Source: an uncultured delta proteobacterium (GTDB lineage Bacteria; Myxococcota; UBA727; VGSZ01). Taken from it: DNA of 64,000 nt. Below, one piece after another: positions 12,817-22,867 of this stretch. Location: the NCBI GenBank assembly GCA_963775425.1, contig CAVZJB010000008.1:192001-256000 (forward strand), written 5' to 3'. The notes beneath the pieces were generated by a model, which saw only the letters and a program-made list of their open reading frames with translations, was not told the DNA's origin and ran no database searches. Numbering within the stretch: position 1 is the stretch's first letter; each line of letters opens with the position of its first letter. The position numbers and the translations under genes were made by a program.

Positions 12817-15043
12817 GCGCGTCGCCGGCCGCCGGGCCGGCCCCCCGCGCCTGCCGCGCCGCGCGGGCGGCGGCCAGCCGCGCGAGCAGCACCCGCAGCT
12901 CCGCGGGCTCGCGCATGCGGTAGCGCGCGCGCCGCGGCCGCGGCCCCACGGCCACGGTGACGGCGTCGCCGCGCAAGGCGCCGAACAGCTCGTCGTCGCT
13001 CTGGTCGTCTCCGGCGGCGAGGACCACGTCGCCCGCGGGGAGCGCGGCCACCAGCGCGTCCTTGTGCGTCGCCGCGCTGCGGCCCTCGATGACGCAGTCG
13101 CCGGTGACCACCACCAGGCCGTCGCCGTCGCCGGCGAACGCGGGGCGCGCGGCGACGTGCGCGAGGACGAGGGCGGCGCCGCGCGCGATGCCGGCGCGGC
13201 TCTCCTTGGCCACGCAGCGCACGTGCAGCGCCACCGAGGAGCGCTTGCGCTCGACGAAGCTGCCGGGCGCCTGCGCCGCCACGACGTCGAGGGCGTGGCC
13301 GGCCTCCTCGAGCCAGGGCGGTATCGCGGCCAGGCGCCAGCCGTCGCCGGGCGGGCGCACGTGGGCGCCGTGCTCGGCGTGGAGCCACAGGGGCAGCTCG
13401 CCGAGCCAGGCCTCGATCTCGCCGGCCGCGCGCCCGCTGACGACGTGCACCTGCGTGCCCGGGCACGCGGCGAGCGCCGCCAGCAGCGCGCGCGTCTCGT
13501 CGTCGGGGGCGGCCTGGCTGGGCGTGGCCTCGATGGGCACGAGGGTGCCGTCGTAGTCGAGGACGACGGAGAGGCCGGCGGCGTCGGCGGCGCGCGCGAG
13601 ATCGTCTTCGAGGGGATCGGCGCGCGAGGCGGCGGCGCGCGCGAGGCGGTCGATGAAGTCGGCGGCCCAGCGCGCGACGCCGGCGCTCTTGAGGTGCCGG
13701 CGCATGCCGGCCATGCGGACCCGCTGCTCGTCTTCGGGCATGGCGGCGGCGAGGCGCATCATGCGCGCCATGGCGGCGATGTCGAAGGGGTTCACGAGGA
13801 GCGCGGCGTCGAGCTCGTCGGCGGCGCCGGCGAGCTCCGAGAGCACGAGCACGCCTTGCTCGTCGACGCGGGAGGCGCAGTACTCCTTGCACACGAGGTT
13901 CATGCCGTCGCGCAGCGGGGTGACCACCATGACGTCGGCCGCGCAGTACAGCGCCACGAGCTCCTCGAAGGGCACCTCGCGGTAGAGGAAGTGGATGGGC
14001 ATGCCCACGGCGCTGCCGTGCTTGCCGTTGATGCGCCCGACGAGCTCGTCGATCTCCTTCTTGAAGGCGGCGTAGGCGCCGACGTGCTCGCGGGTGGGGA
14101 CGGCGACTTGCACGAACTGCACGGCGTCGGCGAGCGCGGGCGCCTCCTCGAGCAGGCGCTCGAAGGCGGTGAGGCGGGCGGGGATGCCCTTGGTGTAGTC
14201 GAGGCGATCGACCCCGAGGAAGATCTTGCGGCCGTGCGCGTCCTCGCGCAGCGCCCGCACGCGCGCCTGCACGCCGGGCTCGTGCGCGGCGCGCTCGAAG
14301 CGCTCGACGTCGACGCTGATGGGCGCGACGGCGACCTCGGCGACGTGCCCGGCGTAGGCCACGCGATCGCCGTCGACGCGCGCGCCGAGGAGCCGGGCGG
14401 CGGCGTCCTTCAGGTGCTCGGCGTAGCCCGCCGTGTGCACGCCGACGACGTCCGCGCCGAGCATGCCGGCGAGCACCTCCTCGTGCCAGGGCAGCACGCG
14501 GAACAGATCCGCGGGCGGGAAGGGCACGTGCAGGAAGTAGCCGACGGCGGCGCCGGGGGTGCGGGCGCGCACCTCGCCGGGGACGAGCGCGAGCTGGAAG
14601 TCATGCACCCACAACAGCCCGTCGCCGCCGCCGTGCGCGAGCGCGGCGTCGGCGAAGCGCGCGTTCACCGCGCGGTAGGCGAGCCAGGCGTCCTCGGCGT
14701 CGAGCGGCAGCCGATCGAGGTCGGCGTGGAAGAGCGGCCACAGCACGCCGCTGGCGAAGCCCTCGTAGAAGCGCTCGCGCTCGGTGGTGCTCAGAAAGAG
14801 CGGGACGATGTCGAGCGCGGCGAGAGCGGCGGTGACCTCGTCCTGCCGCTCGTCCTCGACGTCGCCGGGCCAGCCGAGCCAGAGCGCGCCGCGCTCGCGT
14901 TGCACCTCGCGCAGCGCCGTGGCGACGCCGCCGGAGGACGGCACGACGTCGACGGCCCCGCCGGGGCGCTGCACGACGCGGACCGGCAAGCGGTTCGACA
15001 CGAGCAGGAGCTGACCGGGGGGCGATGGAGGAGCCGGCCGCAT
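12803..15043 (-). CDS. otsA: Bifunctional trehalose-6-phosphate synthase/phosphatase (OtsA-OtsB fusion)
   Basis: VSNRLP, WVHDFQL, FLHVPFP, GVDRLDYTKGI and DGMNLV (GT20) followed by HAD motifs DYDGTL and GDDQSD. Confidence 0.95.
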   Translation of the reverse strand: MRPAPPSPPGQLLLVSNRLPVRVVQRPGGAVDVVPSSGGVATALREVQRERGALWLGWPGDVEDERQDEVTAALAALDIVPLFLSTTERERFYEGFASGVLWPLFHADLDRLPLDAEDAWLAYRAVNARFADAALAHGGGDGLLWVHDFQLALVPGEVRARTPGAAVGYFLHVPFPPADLFRVLPWHEEVLAGMLGADVVGVHTAGYAEHLKDAAARLLGARVDGDRVAYAGHVAEVAVAPISVDVERFERAAHEPGVQARVRALREDAHGRKIFLGVDRLDYTKGIPARLTAFERLLEEAPALADAVQFVQVAVPTREHVGAYAAFKKEIDELVGRINGKHGSAVGMPIHFLYREVPFEELVALYCAADVMVVTPLRDGMNLVCKEYCASRVDEQGVLVLSELAGAADELDAALLVNPFDIAAMARMMRLAAAMPEDEQRVRMAGMRRHLKSAGVARWAADFIDRLARAAASRADPLEDDLARAADAAGLSVVLDYDGTLVPIEATPSQAAPDDETRALLAALAACPGTQVHVVSGRAAGEIEAWLGELPLWLHAEHGAHVRPPGDGWRLAAIPPWLEEAGHALDVVAAQAPGSFVERKRSSVALHVRCVAKESRAGIARGAALVLAHVAARPAFAGDGDGLVVVTGDCVIEGRSAATHKDALVAALPAGDVVLAAGDDQSDDELFGALRGDAVTVAVGPRPRRARYRMREPAELRVLLARLAAARAARQARGAGPAAGDALTQD

Positions 15044-15172
15044 ACCCATTCGTATGAACCCGGGGCGGACCGGGACAGGCACGCGCGCGCGGGCCGCGCG
15101 GACGGACGCGCACCCGGGTGAGCGGGCCCACCGCGCATGGCCGGGCGGTCCGGCTTGGTGTAGACGGGCGCC

Positions 15173-16321
15173 ATGACGACGACGTTCTTTCAAGAGGAGC
15201 ACGAGCTGTTCCGCCGCACCCTGCGCGAGCTCATCGCGCGCGAGCTCGCGCCCCACGTCGACGAGTGGGAGGCCGCGGGCCTCTTCCCGCGCGAGGTCTT
15301 TCGGCGCTGCGGGGAGCTCGGCTTCCTCGGCGCGCATTACCCCGAGGAGGTCGGCGGCGCCGGCGGCGACGGCCTGTACGCGGTGGTCTGGGGCGAGGAG
15401 CTCGCGCGCATCGGCGCCGTCGGCGTGGCGACGTCGCTCGCGGTGCAGACGGACATGGCTACGCCCATCATCCAGGCGCTCGGCACGCGGGAGCAGAAGG
15501 CCGAGTTCCTCACGCCCGCGCTGCGCGGCGAGAAGATCGCCGCCATCGGCATCACCGAGCCCGGCTGCGGCTCCGACGTCGCGGCGCTCCGCACCACGGC
15601 CAGGCGGGACGGCGGCGACCTCGTCATCAACGGCGCCAAGTGCTGGATCACCAACGGCACGCGCGCGGACTTCATCACGCTCGCCGTGCGCACCGGCGGC
15701 GAGGGGCACAAGGGCATCTCGCTCGTGCTCTTCCCCACCGACGTGAAGGGCTTCACGGTCACCAAGAAGATCAAGAAGGTCGGGCAGCACGCCTCGGACA
15801 CCGCGGAGCTGTCGTTCGAGGACTGCCGCATCCCCGCGCGCAACATCCTCGGCGAGGAGAACCGCGGCTTCACGTACATCATGAAGAACTTCCAGAGCGA
15901 GCGGCTCATCGTCGCCGTCATCGGCGTCGCTTCGTGCGACTTCGCTCTCGAACGCACCGTGCAGTACACCAAGGACCGCTCGGTGTTCGGCCGCCCGGTG
16001 CTCGGCCACCAGGTGTGGCAGCACACGTTCGCGACGCTGAAGACCAAGGTGGAGGCGGCTCGCTGGCTCACCTATCGCGCGGCGGACCTTCACGCCCACG
16101 GCGAGGACGCCACCACCGAGGTCACCATGGCCAAGCTGTTCGCGTGCGAGCTGGTCAACGAGGTCGCCGATCGCTGCGTGCAGGCCCACGGCGGCTACGG
16201 GTACTCCGACGAATTCCCCATCTCGCGCTTCTGGCGCGACGCCCGCGCCTTCAACATCGGCGGCGGCTCGAGCGAGGTGATGCGGGAGATCCTGGCCAAG
16301 CGCCTCGGCTACGCCGGATGA
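15173..16321 (+). CDS. Acyl-CoA dehydrogenase
   Basis: ITEPGCGSD, NGAKCWITNG, FGRP, HGGYGY and IGGGSSE motifs. Confidence 0.96.
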   Translation: MTTTFFQEEHELFRRTLRELIARELAPHVDEWEAAGLFPREVFRRCGELGFLGAHYPEEVGGAGGDGLYAVVWGEELARIGAVGVATSLAVQTDMATPIIQALGTREQKAEFLTPALRGEKIAAIGITEPGCGSDVAALRTTARRDGGDLVINGAKCWITNGTRADFITLAVRTGGEGHKGISLVLFPTDVKGFTVTKKIKKVGQHASDTAELSFEDCRIPARNILGEENRGFTYIMKNFQSERLIVAVIGVASCDFALERTVQYTKDRSVFGRPVLGHQVWQHTFATLKTKVEAARWLTYRAADLHAHGEDATTEVTMAKLFACELVNEVADRCVQAHGGYGYSDEFPISRFWRDARAFNIGGGSSEVMREILAKRLGYAG

Positions 16322-16513
16322 ACCGCGAAGCCGAGCTCCGGCTCCTCGAGCGCGCGCTCCAAAACGTCGCCGCCAGGGCGAGCGCCGGTGTCTTTGTACA
16401 CGAGCGCCGCGCAGCTCGCGCGCGAGCGGGCCACGGTGCTGCGCGCGCTGCCGCTCGTGGTGGGCTTCTCGTCGCAGGTGGCGGCGCCGGGCGCGTTCAT
16501 CACGCGCACCTGA
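16318..16513 (+). pseudogene. Frameshifted, truncated N-terminal remnant of a Rieske oxygenase alpha subunit
   Basis: ATGA-coupled MNREAELRLLERAL, then in another frame PVSLYTSAAQLARERATVLRALPLVVGFSSQVAAPGAFITRT*. This resembles the N-terminus of the gene at 48454..49578. Confidence 0.6.
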
Positions 16514-16542
16514 TCAGCGTTCTAAGGGCCCTCGAACGTCGG

Positions 16543-18072
16543 TCACCCGATGTATTCGTCGTGGGTGCGGTCGAGGTTGTCGAAGCGCGTGATGTTGCTG
16601 AAGAAGCGCAGCTCGATGGTGCCGGTGGGTCCGTTTCTGTGCTTGGCGACGATGATCTCGGCGATGCCGAGCTTGTCCTCCGGCGTCTTCTCCTTGGCGT
16701 AGTACTCCTCGCGGTAGAGGAACGCGATGACGTCGGCGTCCTGCTCGATGGCGCCGGACTCGCGCAGGTCGCTCATCATGGGCCGCTTGTCGGTGCGCGA
16801 CTCCACGCCGCGGTTGAGCTGAGACAGCGCGATCACCGGGATGCTCAGCTCGCGCGCGATGGTCTTCAGCCCCTTGCTGATCTCGCCGACCTCGGTGGCC
16901 TTGTTGTCGTACCCCGGCGGCCCCTGCATGAGCTGGAGGTAGTCGACGATCACCATGGAGATGCCCGTCTCGTGCATCTGCCGCCGGCACTTGTTGCGCA
17001 TCTCGGCCACCGAGATGGACGGCGTCTCGTCGATGAAGAACGGAGCCTCGCTCAAGCGCCCCGCCGCCTCCGCGAGCTTCGACCACTCGTGGCGCTGGAT
17101 GAAGCCGCGGCGGATGTTGGAGATGTCGATGCGCGCCTCGCTGCCGATGAGGCGCTGCACGAGCTGGTCGGCGCCCATCTCGAGGGAGAAGAACATCACG
17201 GGCTTCTGCAGGCGGGTGGCCACGTGCGACGCGACGTTCAAGGTGAAGGCCGTCTTTCCCATGGAGGGGCGGGCGGCCACGACGATGAGCTCGCCGGGCT
17301 GAAAGCCGCTGGTGATGTTGTCGAGGTCGCGGAAGCCGCAGGCGGTGCCCGTGATGGCGCTCTTGTTGTTGAAGGCCTTTTCGAGCTGCTTGGTGGCGCG
17401 GTCGACGAGCTCGCGCATGGGCACGATGCCCTTCTTGGTGTGGCCCTCGCTGATGGCGAGGATCTCGCGCTCGGCGTCGTCGATGATCTCGGTGACGCGC
17501 TTGTCCTGGCGGTACGCGCTCTGGACGATGTCGGTGGCGGACTCGATCAGGCTCCGCAGCGTGCTCTTTTCGCGGACGAGACGCGCGTAGGCGGCGACGT
17601 GCGCGGCCGTGGGCATCTGCGCCTCGAGCTGTGCGACGGCGGCGGCGCCGCCGACGGCCTGGAGCTGTCCGCGGCGCAGGAGCTCGTCGACGACGGTGAG
17701 CACGTCGATGGAGTCGGCCGCGGCGTGCAGCTCCTGGATGGCGCGGAAGATGGTGCCGTGCGCCGGGCGATAGAAGTCCTCCGGCCGCAGGCCCTCGTCG
17801 ATGACGTGCTCGTAGCTCGACGGCTCGAGCAGGAGCGCCCCGAGCACCGCGCGCTCGGCGTCGAGCGCGGAGGGCGGCGTGCGCGCGCGCTTGAGGACGT
17901 CGGCCGCGGTCTCGCTGGCGGTGAGCGCGGTGCGCTTCTGGATCTCCTCGAGGACGGCGCCGAGGGGGACGAGCGCCTCTTCGCCCTCGCCGTCGTCCCC
18001 GTCCCCCACCTCGCCGTCGTCGTCGCGCGGTCGCGGGTCTTCGAGCTCGTCTTCGGTCTCGGTGGGCGCCAT
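16543..18072 (-). CDS. dnaB: Replicative DNA helicase DnaB
   Basis: AARPSMGKT, FSLEM, VDYLQLM, LSQLNR, DLRESGAIEQDAD and KHRNGPTG motifs. Confidence 0.98.
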   Translation of the reverse strand: MAPTETEDELEDPRPRDDDGEVGDGDDGEGEEALVPLGAVLEEIQKRTALTASETAADVLKRARTPPSALDAERAVLGALLLEPSSYEHVIDEGLRPEDFYRPAHGTIFRAIQELHAAADSIDVLTVVDELLRRGQLQAVGGAAAVAQLEAQMPTAAHVAAYARLVREKSTLRSLIESATDIVQSAYRQDKRVTEIIDDAEREILAISEGHTKKGIVPMRELVDRATKQLEKAFNNKSAITGTACGFRDLDNITSGFQPGELIVVAARPSMGKTAFTLNVASHVATRLQKPVMFFSLEMGADQLVQRLIGSEARIDISNIRRGFIQRHEWSKLAEAAGRLSEAPFFIDETPSISVAEMRNKCRRQMHETGISMVIVDYLQLMQGPPGYDNKATEVGEISKGLKTIARELSIPVIALSQLNRGVESRTDKRPMMSDLRESGAIEQDADVIAFLYREEYYAKEKTPEDKLGIAEIIVAKHRNGPTGTIELRFFSNITRFDNLDRTHDEYIG

Positions 18073-18178
18073 CGCAGTGCACTATCGTTCGCGCTGTCGT
18101 GCCTGCCAAACCCGATCGAACTTCCCACAGCTTTGCCCCGCCCGGGGCTGCGGCGTGGTGGCGCGTGCGGCGGCGGCC

Positions 18179-18679
18179 GTGATCGCGCCGCTCCTGCTGC
18201 TGCTTCATGTCGCGGTGCCCACCGACCCGGTGGATCGCCGCCCGCCCCCGTCCGCGCCGCCGGCGTCGCCCCCGGCGGCGGAGGCGACGCCGGGGGCGCG
18301 CGCGATCGCGGCGACGAGCGCGGGCCTCGGGGGCGCCGCGGGCGCGGTGGTGGGTGCGTCGACGGCGCTCCTGGCGGGGGCGGCGCTGTCGGGGTTCAAC
18401 AGCGACGCGGGCGCGGTGCCGCTGTTCGTGTTGCCGCCGGCGCTGTCGGCGCTCGGCGCCGGGGCGGCGGGCGGCGCGGCGGGCGGCGGGGCCGCGCTGT
18501 GGGCGGCGGGCGTGGCGGGGCTCGCCGGGGCGGGCGGGGCGACGGTGGCGGTGGAGCTGTTCGTCCTCAATAACGGCTCGGTGCAGTCGGGCGCGGACCT
18601 GCTCACGGTGGTCGCGGTGCCGGCGCTCGCGGGCGGGGCGTGCGCGGCGGCGGCGGCGGCGCTGTTCGCCGGGCCGTGA
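18179..18679 (+). CDS. Signal-peptide-bearing Gly/Ala-rich membrane protein
   Basis: IAPLLLLLHVAV signal-like start, Pro linker, glycine-rich hydrophobic segments. Start uncertain. Confidence 0.55.
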   Translation: MIAPLLLLLHVAVPTDPVDRRPPPSAPPASPPAAEATPGARAIAATSAGLGGAAGAVVGASTALLAGAALSGFNSDAGAVPLFVLPPALSALGAGAAGGAAGGGAALWAAGVAGLAGAGGATVAVELFVLNNGSVQSGADLLTVVAVPALAGGACAAAAAALFAGP

Positions 18680-18768
18680 GCGCCGGGCCCACGGGGAGCG
18701 GCCGCGCCGGATCGGAGCGCTCGACGCGCCGGGGAACGTGGCTATGCTCTCGCAGACCCGGAGGTCGG

Positions 18769-18975
18769 ATGTTCGAGTACGCGCTCCCCGACAGCACGCC
18801 CGCCGCCCCGAAGAAGGCCGGCGGCGACAAGCCTGACGACGACAAGAAGAAAGACGAGCCCAAGAAGGACGACGACAAGGGGAAGCCCGTTCGCACCCAG
18901 ATGATCGGCGAGAAGCCCGGCGACGACCTCGGCTACGACCCGAAGAAGATCCCGGTCGAGCCGATCCCGGACTGA
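18769..18975 (+). CDS. Small highly charged Lys/Asp/Pro-rich protein (68 aa)
   Basis: GGAGG RBS before ATG and strong codon bias (AAG, GAC). Confidence 0.7.
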   Translation: MFEYALPDSTPAAPKKAGGDKPDDDKKKDEPKKDDDKGKPVRTQMIGEKPGDDLGYDPKKIPVEPIPD

Positions 18976-18985
18976 CGCCCGCGGC

Positions 18986-20077
18986 ATGACCCCGCGCCCT
19001 GCAGCGACCCCGCGCCCGTCCCGGGGCGGCGTCCCGGCGGCGCTCGGCGCCGCGCTCTTGTTCGGCGCGGGGGCGCCCGCTGCCAAGGCGCTCGCCGGCG
19101 AGGTGTCGTCGGCGCTGGTCCTGGCCGGCCTGCTCTATCTCGGCAGCGGCCTCGGCCTCGCGATCGTCCATGCCGTGCAGCGCGCCCGCGGACGCGCCGT
19201 CGCGCCGCTGCCGCGCGAGGGGCGCGCGCGCTTCGCCGCCGCCGTCGTCGTCGGCGGCGTGGCCGCGCCCGCGCTCTTGATGCTCGGCCTCGCGCGCGCG
19301 CCCGCCTCGACGGCTTCGTTGCTGTTGAACCTCGAAGGCGTGCTGACGGCGCTCGTGGCCTGGACCGTGTTTCGCGAGCACACGCACGCGAGGAACGTCG
19401 CCGGCTTCGCGTGCGTTGCCGCGGGCGCCGTCCTCCTGACGGCGTCGCCGGGCGCGTGGGGCGGCCTGCGCGGCGCCGGCCTCGAGGGCGGCGGGCTGAT
19501 CGCCGGCGCGTGCGCGTGCTGGGCCCTCGACAACAACCTCACGCGCGCGGTGTCGTCGGCGGACCCCGTGCGCGTCGCCATGATCAAGGGCCTCGCCGCC
19601 GGCGCCACCAACACCGCCCTCGGCCTCGCCTTCGCGGGCGGCGCCCTCCCCGGCGCGCGCGTCGTCGCCGCGGCGCTCGTCGTGGGCTTCTTCGCCTACG
19701 GCGTGAGCCTCGTGCTCTTCGTCGTCGCGCTCCGCCACCTCGGCACTGCCCGCACGGGGGCCTACTTCTCGACGGCGCCGTTCGCCGGCGCGCTGCTTTC
19801 GCTCGCGCTCCTCCACGAAGCGCCCACCCTCGCCCTCGGCGCCGCCGGCGTGCTCATGGCCGCCGGCGTCGCCTTGCACGCGAGCGAGCGTCACGCGCAC
19901 GAGCACGTGCACGAGCCCGTGCTCCACAGCCACGCCCACGTCCACGACGAGCACCACCGCCACGCGCACCCGCCCGGCGTCGATGTCGGCGAGCCCCATG
20001 TGCACGAGCACGTCCACGACCGCCTCGTGCACGCGCACGCCCACGCCCCGGACATCCACCACCGCCACGACCATTGA
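18986..20077 (+). CDS. EamA/DMT family transporter with His-rich C-terminal tail
   Basis: LAGLLYLGSG, ASLLLNLEG, WALDNNLT and LGTARTGAYF motifs. The tail runs from HAHEHVH to HHRHDH. Confidence 0.92.
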   Translation: MTPRPAATPRPSRGGVPAALGAALLFGAGAPAAKALAGEVSSALVLAGLLYLGSGLGLAIVHAVQRARGRAVAPLPREGRARFAAAVVVGGVAAPALLMLGLARAPASTASLLLNLEGVLTALVAWTVFREHTHARNVAGFACVAAGAVLLTASPGAWGGLRGAGLEGGGLIAGACACWALDNNLTRAVSSADPVRVAMIKGLAAGATNTALGLAFAGGALPGARVVAAALVVGFFAYGVSLVLFVVALRHLGTARTGAYFSTAPFAGALLSLALLHEAPTLALGAAGVLMAAGVALHASERHAHEHVHEPVLHSHAHVHDEHHRHAHPPGVDVGEPHVHEHVHDRLVHAHAHAPDIHHRHDH

Positions 20078-20184
20078 GCGGGTCGCCGCCCGCGGATGTC
20101 GGGCGCCGCGACGGCGCGGCCGCGCGGGCCGCGGATTGCGCCGCCGGCCGAGCCGTCGCATACGGCCCGTGTCGGAGGGACGTC

Positions 20185-20892
20185 GTGAACCGAAGAGAAG
20201 CCATCGCATCGCTCGCCGCCGGCGCAGGGGTGCTCGCCGCCGACCGCGCGCTCGCCGGGGCCCCGCGCCCGTCGTCGACGTCCCGGGCGCGCCCCGGGAA
20301 CGCGCCGTCGCCGCGGCCGCTGCCGTTCGACCCCAAGAAGCTGCGCGGGCTCTCCGAGAAGCTCATCACGAGCCATCACGACCACAACTACGCGGGCGCG
20401 GTGAAGAACCTCGCCAAGGTGCGCGAGGAGCTCGCGGCGACGACCAGGAGCACGCCCGCCTTCGTGGTCGGGGCGTTGCGCGAGCGTGAGCTCCTCTACT
20501 TCGGCTCGATGACGCTACACGAGATCTACTTCGACTGCCTCGGCGGCGACGGCAAGCCCGGCGGCGCCGTGGCCCGCGCGTTGCCGCCCCGCTGGGAGGA
20601 GGAGCTGCGGGCGACGGCGATGAGCCTCGGCGGCGGCAGCGGCTGGGCGACGCTGTCGATGTCGCTGCACACCGGCGAGCTCTTCGTCGGCTGGTCGGGC
20701 AACCACACGCAGTCTCTGGCGTCGTCGACGCCCCTGCTCGCGCTCGACATGTACGAGCACGCCTACGCCATGGACTACGGCGCGTCGCATCCCAAGTACA
20801 TCGACGCCTTCCTCTCGAACGTCCGTTGGGACGAGGTCGATCGCCGCCACCAGCGCGCGCTCGCGGCGCACGCCGCGCTGAAGCAGGCCTGA
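20185..20892 (+). CDS. Tat-exported Fe/Mn superoxide dismutase (ChrC-like subfamily)
   Basis: GGAGG RBS, NRREAI twin-arginine signal, ligand motifs SHHDHNY, LHEIYF, GGGSGW and DMYEHAY. Confidence 0.88.
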   Translation: MNRREAIASLAAGAGVLAADRALAGAPRPSSTSRARPGNAPSPRPLPFDPKKLRGLSEKLITSHHDHNYAGAVKNLAKVREELAATTRSTPAFVVGALRERELLYFGSMTLHEIYFDCLGGDGKPGGAVARALPPRWEEELRATAMSLGGGSGWATLSMSLHTGELFVGWSGNHTQSLASSTPLLALDMYEHAYAMDYGASHPKYIDAFLSNVRWDEVDRRHQRALAAHAALKQA

Positions 20893-20904
20893 GGGAGGCG
20901 GCGC

Positions 20905-21987
20905 ATGTCCCTCCCGCGGCCCCTCTCGTCGCTGACGCCGCCAACCGTCGTCGTCGCCGCGCTCGCCGCCGCGGCCTTCGCCGGCGTCGCGCTCGCCGGG
21001 ACGGCACCGCCGGCGCCGGTGGCCCTGCCCGGGACGGCCGGCGGCGCGGTCGGCTTCGACGACCTCCAGTTCTCGAAGGAGCTCGGTCGCGTCGTCGTCC
21101 CCGCCGGCGCCACGCGCAAGATCCACCTCGTCGACCCCGCGTCGCGCGCGGTGTCGACGACGCTCGCGCTGCCGGGTGCGGCGTCCGCGCTCGCGGCACC
21201 GCGGTCGGCGAGGGGCACCGGTCACGGCGACGGCACCACGTCGGCGGTGGTCGCGCACGGCGCGCTGTTCGCCGCCGACCGCAGCGCGCGCACGCTCGTC
21301 GTCGTCGACGTCGCGAGCGGCGCCCTCCTCGCCACCGCGGCGCTGTCCGCGGGCCCCGACTACGTGCGCGTCGTCGACAGGGCCGGCGAGGTGTGGGTCA
21401 CCGAGCCGCACGGAAAGCGCATCGAGGTCTTCTCCATCCGTCGGGGCCCACCGGCCGCGGGCGCCTCCGGGGCGCCGGTCGCGGGCCTCGCGCGCGCCGC
21501 CGTCATCGAGGTCCCCGACGGGCCGGAGTCGCTCGTGGTCGACGAGGCGCGCGGCCGCGCCTACACCAACGCCTGGCGCGCGCGCACCTTCGCCCTCGAC
21601 CTGCACAAGCGCGCCGTCGTCGACACCTGGCAAAACGGCTGCGGCGGCGCGCGCGGCGCCGCGCTCGACGACGCCGGCGGCGCGCTCCTCGTCGCGTGCA
21701 CCGACGGCCGCGTGGTCGCGCTCGACGTCGCCACCGGCGAGGTGCGCGGCACGCTCCACACGCCCGTGCACGACGTCGACATCATCGCGTTCGCCCCCGC
21801 GCTCCGCCACGTCTACGTCCCCGGCGACGGCGCCATGACCATCGCGTCGGTCGCGAAGGACGGCGCCATGGCCGCGCTCGCCACGGTGCCCACGGCGCCC
21901 GGCGCCCACTGCGTCGTCGCCGACGACCACGCGCAGGCGTGGGTGTGCGATCCCTCGCACGGGCGCCTGCTCGTCGTCTCCGATTGA
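20905..21987 (+). CDS. Secreted YncE/YVTN-like beta-propeller protein
   Basis: Signal peptide, GFDDL, VWVTEP, GPESLVVD and GAHCVVADD blade motifs. Confidence 0.8.
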   Translation: MSLPRPLSSLTPPTVVVAALAAAAFAGVALAGTAPPAPVALPGTAGGAVGFDDLQFSKELGRVVVPAGATRKIHLVDPASRAVSTTLALPGAASALAAPRSARGTGHGDGTTSAVVAHGALFAADRSARTLVVVDVASGALLATAALSAGPDYVRVVDRAGEVWVTEPHGKRIEVFSIRRGPPAAGASGAPVAGLARAAVIEVPDGPESLVVDEARGRAYTNAWRARTFALDLHKRAVVDTWQNGCGGARGAALDDAGGALLVACTDGRVVALDVATGEVRGTLHTPVHDVDIIAFAPALRHVYVPGDGAMTIASVAKDGAMAALATVPTAPGAHCVVADDHAQAWVCDPSHGRLLVVSD

Positions 21988-22060
21988 GCACGCCGCCCCC
22001 CCGGCGGCCCGGCCGCCCACGCGCCGCGGGCGGCGGGGTACAAGGGGCGCGGAGGTCCAT

Positions 22061-22801
22061 GTGGCGGCGCCGCGCACGGCGGTCATGGCGAACGTCGCGA
22101 GCACCCTCGCCGTGCAGCACCTCACGGTGCGGCGCGGCGACGCCGTGGTCGTCGACGACGTCAGCTTCGAGGTGAAGCCGCTCGAGCTTCACGGCCTCGT
22201 GGGCCAAAACGGCGCCGGCAAGACCAGCGTGCTCGAGGCGGTCGCCGGCCTCGTCGACGCCGCCGGCGACGTCCTCCTCGGCCCCGTCCCCCTCGACCGT
22301 GAGCACCGACGCCAGCACGTCTTCTACGTCCCCGACGGGTCGCCGCCGTTTCCCGACGAGCGCGCCGCCGACGTCGTCGGCTTCGCCGCGAGGAGCCTCG
22401 GCGTCGAAGGCGCCGCCCGCGACGACGTCATCGAGCGCCTCGAGCTCCGCGCGTTCCTGCATCGCCGCATGCGTCACCTGCGAAAGGGGGAGCGCAAGCG
22501 CGTGCTGCTCGGCATCGCACTCCTCGTCCCCGAGGGCTTCGTCCTCGTCGACGAGCCCTTCGACGGCCTCGACCTCAAGGAGGCGCGCGCGCTCACCAAC
22601 GTGCTGCGCACCTCGACCAACGAGAAGCGCTCGCTGCTGTGTGCCTTGCAGAGCGCCGGCGACGCCGAGCGGCTGTGCGACCGCTTCACGCTGATGTCGC
22701 GCGGCCGCGTGGCCGGCGCCGGCGCGCTCCACGAGCTGCGCGCGCACGCCCGGGCCCACGCGGGTGCGCCGCTCGAGGAGGTGCTGCTTGCGCTGTCGTG
22801 A
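22061..22801 (+). CDS. ABC transporter ATP-binding protein
   Basis: Walker A GQNGAGKT and Walker B VLVDEPFDGLD. Signature and H-loop are degenerate. Confidence 0.88.
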   Translation: MAAPRTAVMANVASTLAVQHLTVRRGDAVVVDDVSFEVKPLELHGLVGQNGAGKTSVLEAVAGLVDAAGDVLLGPVPLDREHRRQHVFYVPDGSPPFPDERAADVVGFAARSLGVEGAARDDVIERLELRAFLHRRMRHLRKGERKRVLLGIALLVPEGFVLVDEPFDGLDLKEARALTNVLRTSTNEKRSLLCALQSAGDAERLCDRFTLMSRGRVAGAGALHELRAHARAHAGAPLEEVLLALS

Positions 22802-22867
22802 CGGGCACGCACCGCTCGTCGGGGCCGCCGCGCCGCTCGCCGGCAGCCACGCGCGAGGAGCCGTGCG

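Noticed and set aside
15044-16189. N-terminal 380 aa of the 1128-aa OtsAB ORF as a large fusion
   Set aside because: It is the antisense of the acyl-CoA dehydrogenase. OtsA homology begins at LLLVSNRLP.
16543-18072. dnaB and radC-like genes as signs of a prophage or ICE
   Set aside because: No integrase, structural or conjugation genes, no intein, and composition matches the chromosome.
15118-20209. 1151-aa and 1231-aa Arg-rich ORFs
   Set aside because: Off-frame or antisense readings of the acyl-CoA dehydrogenase, dnaB and EamA genes.
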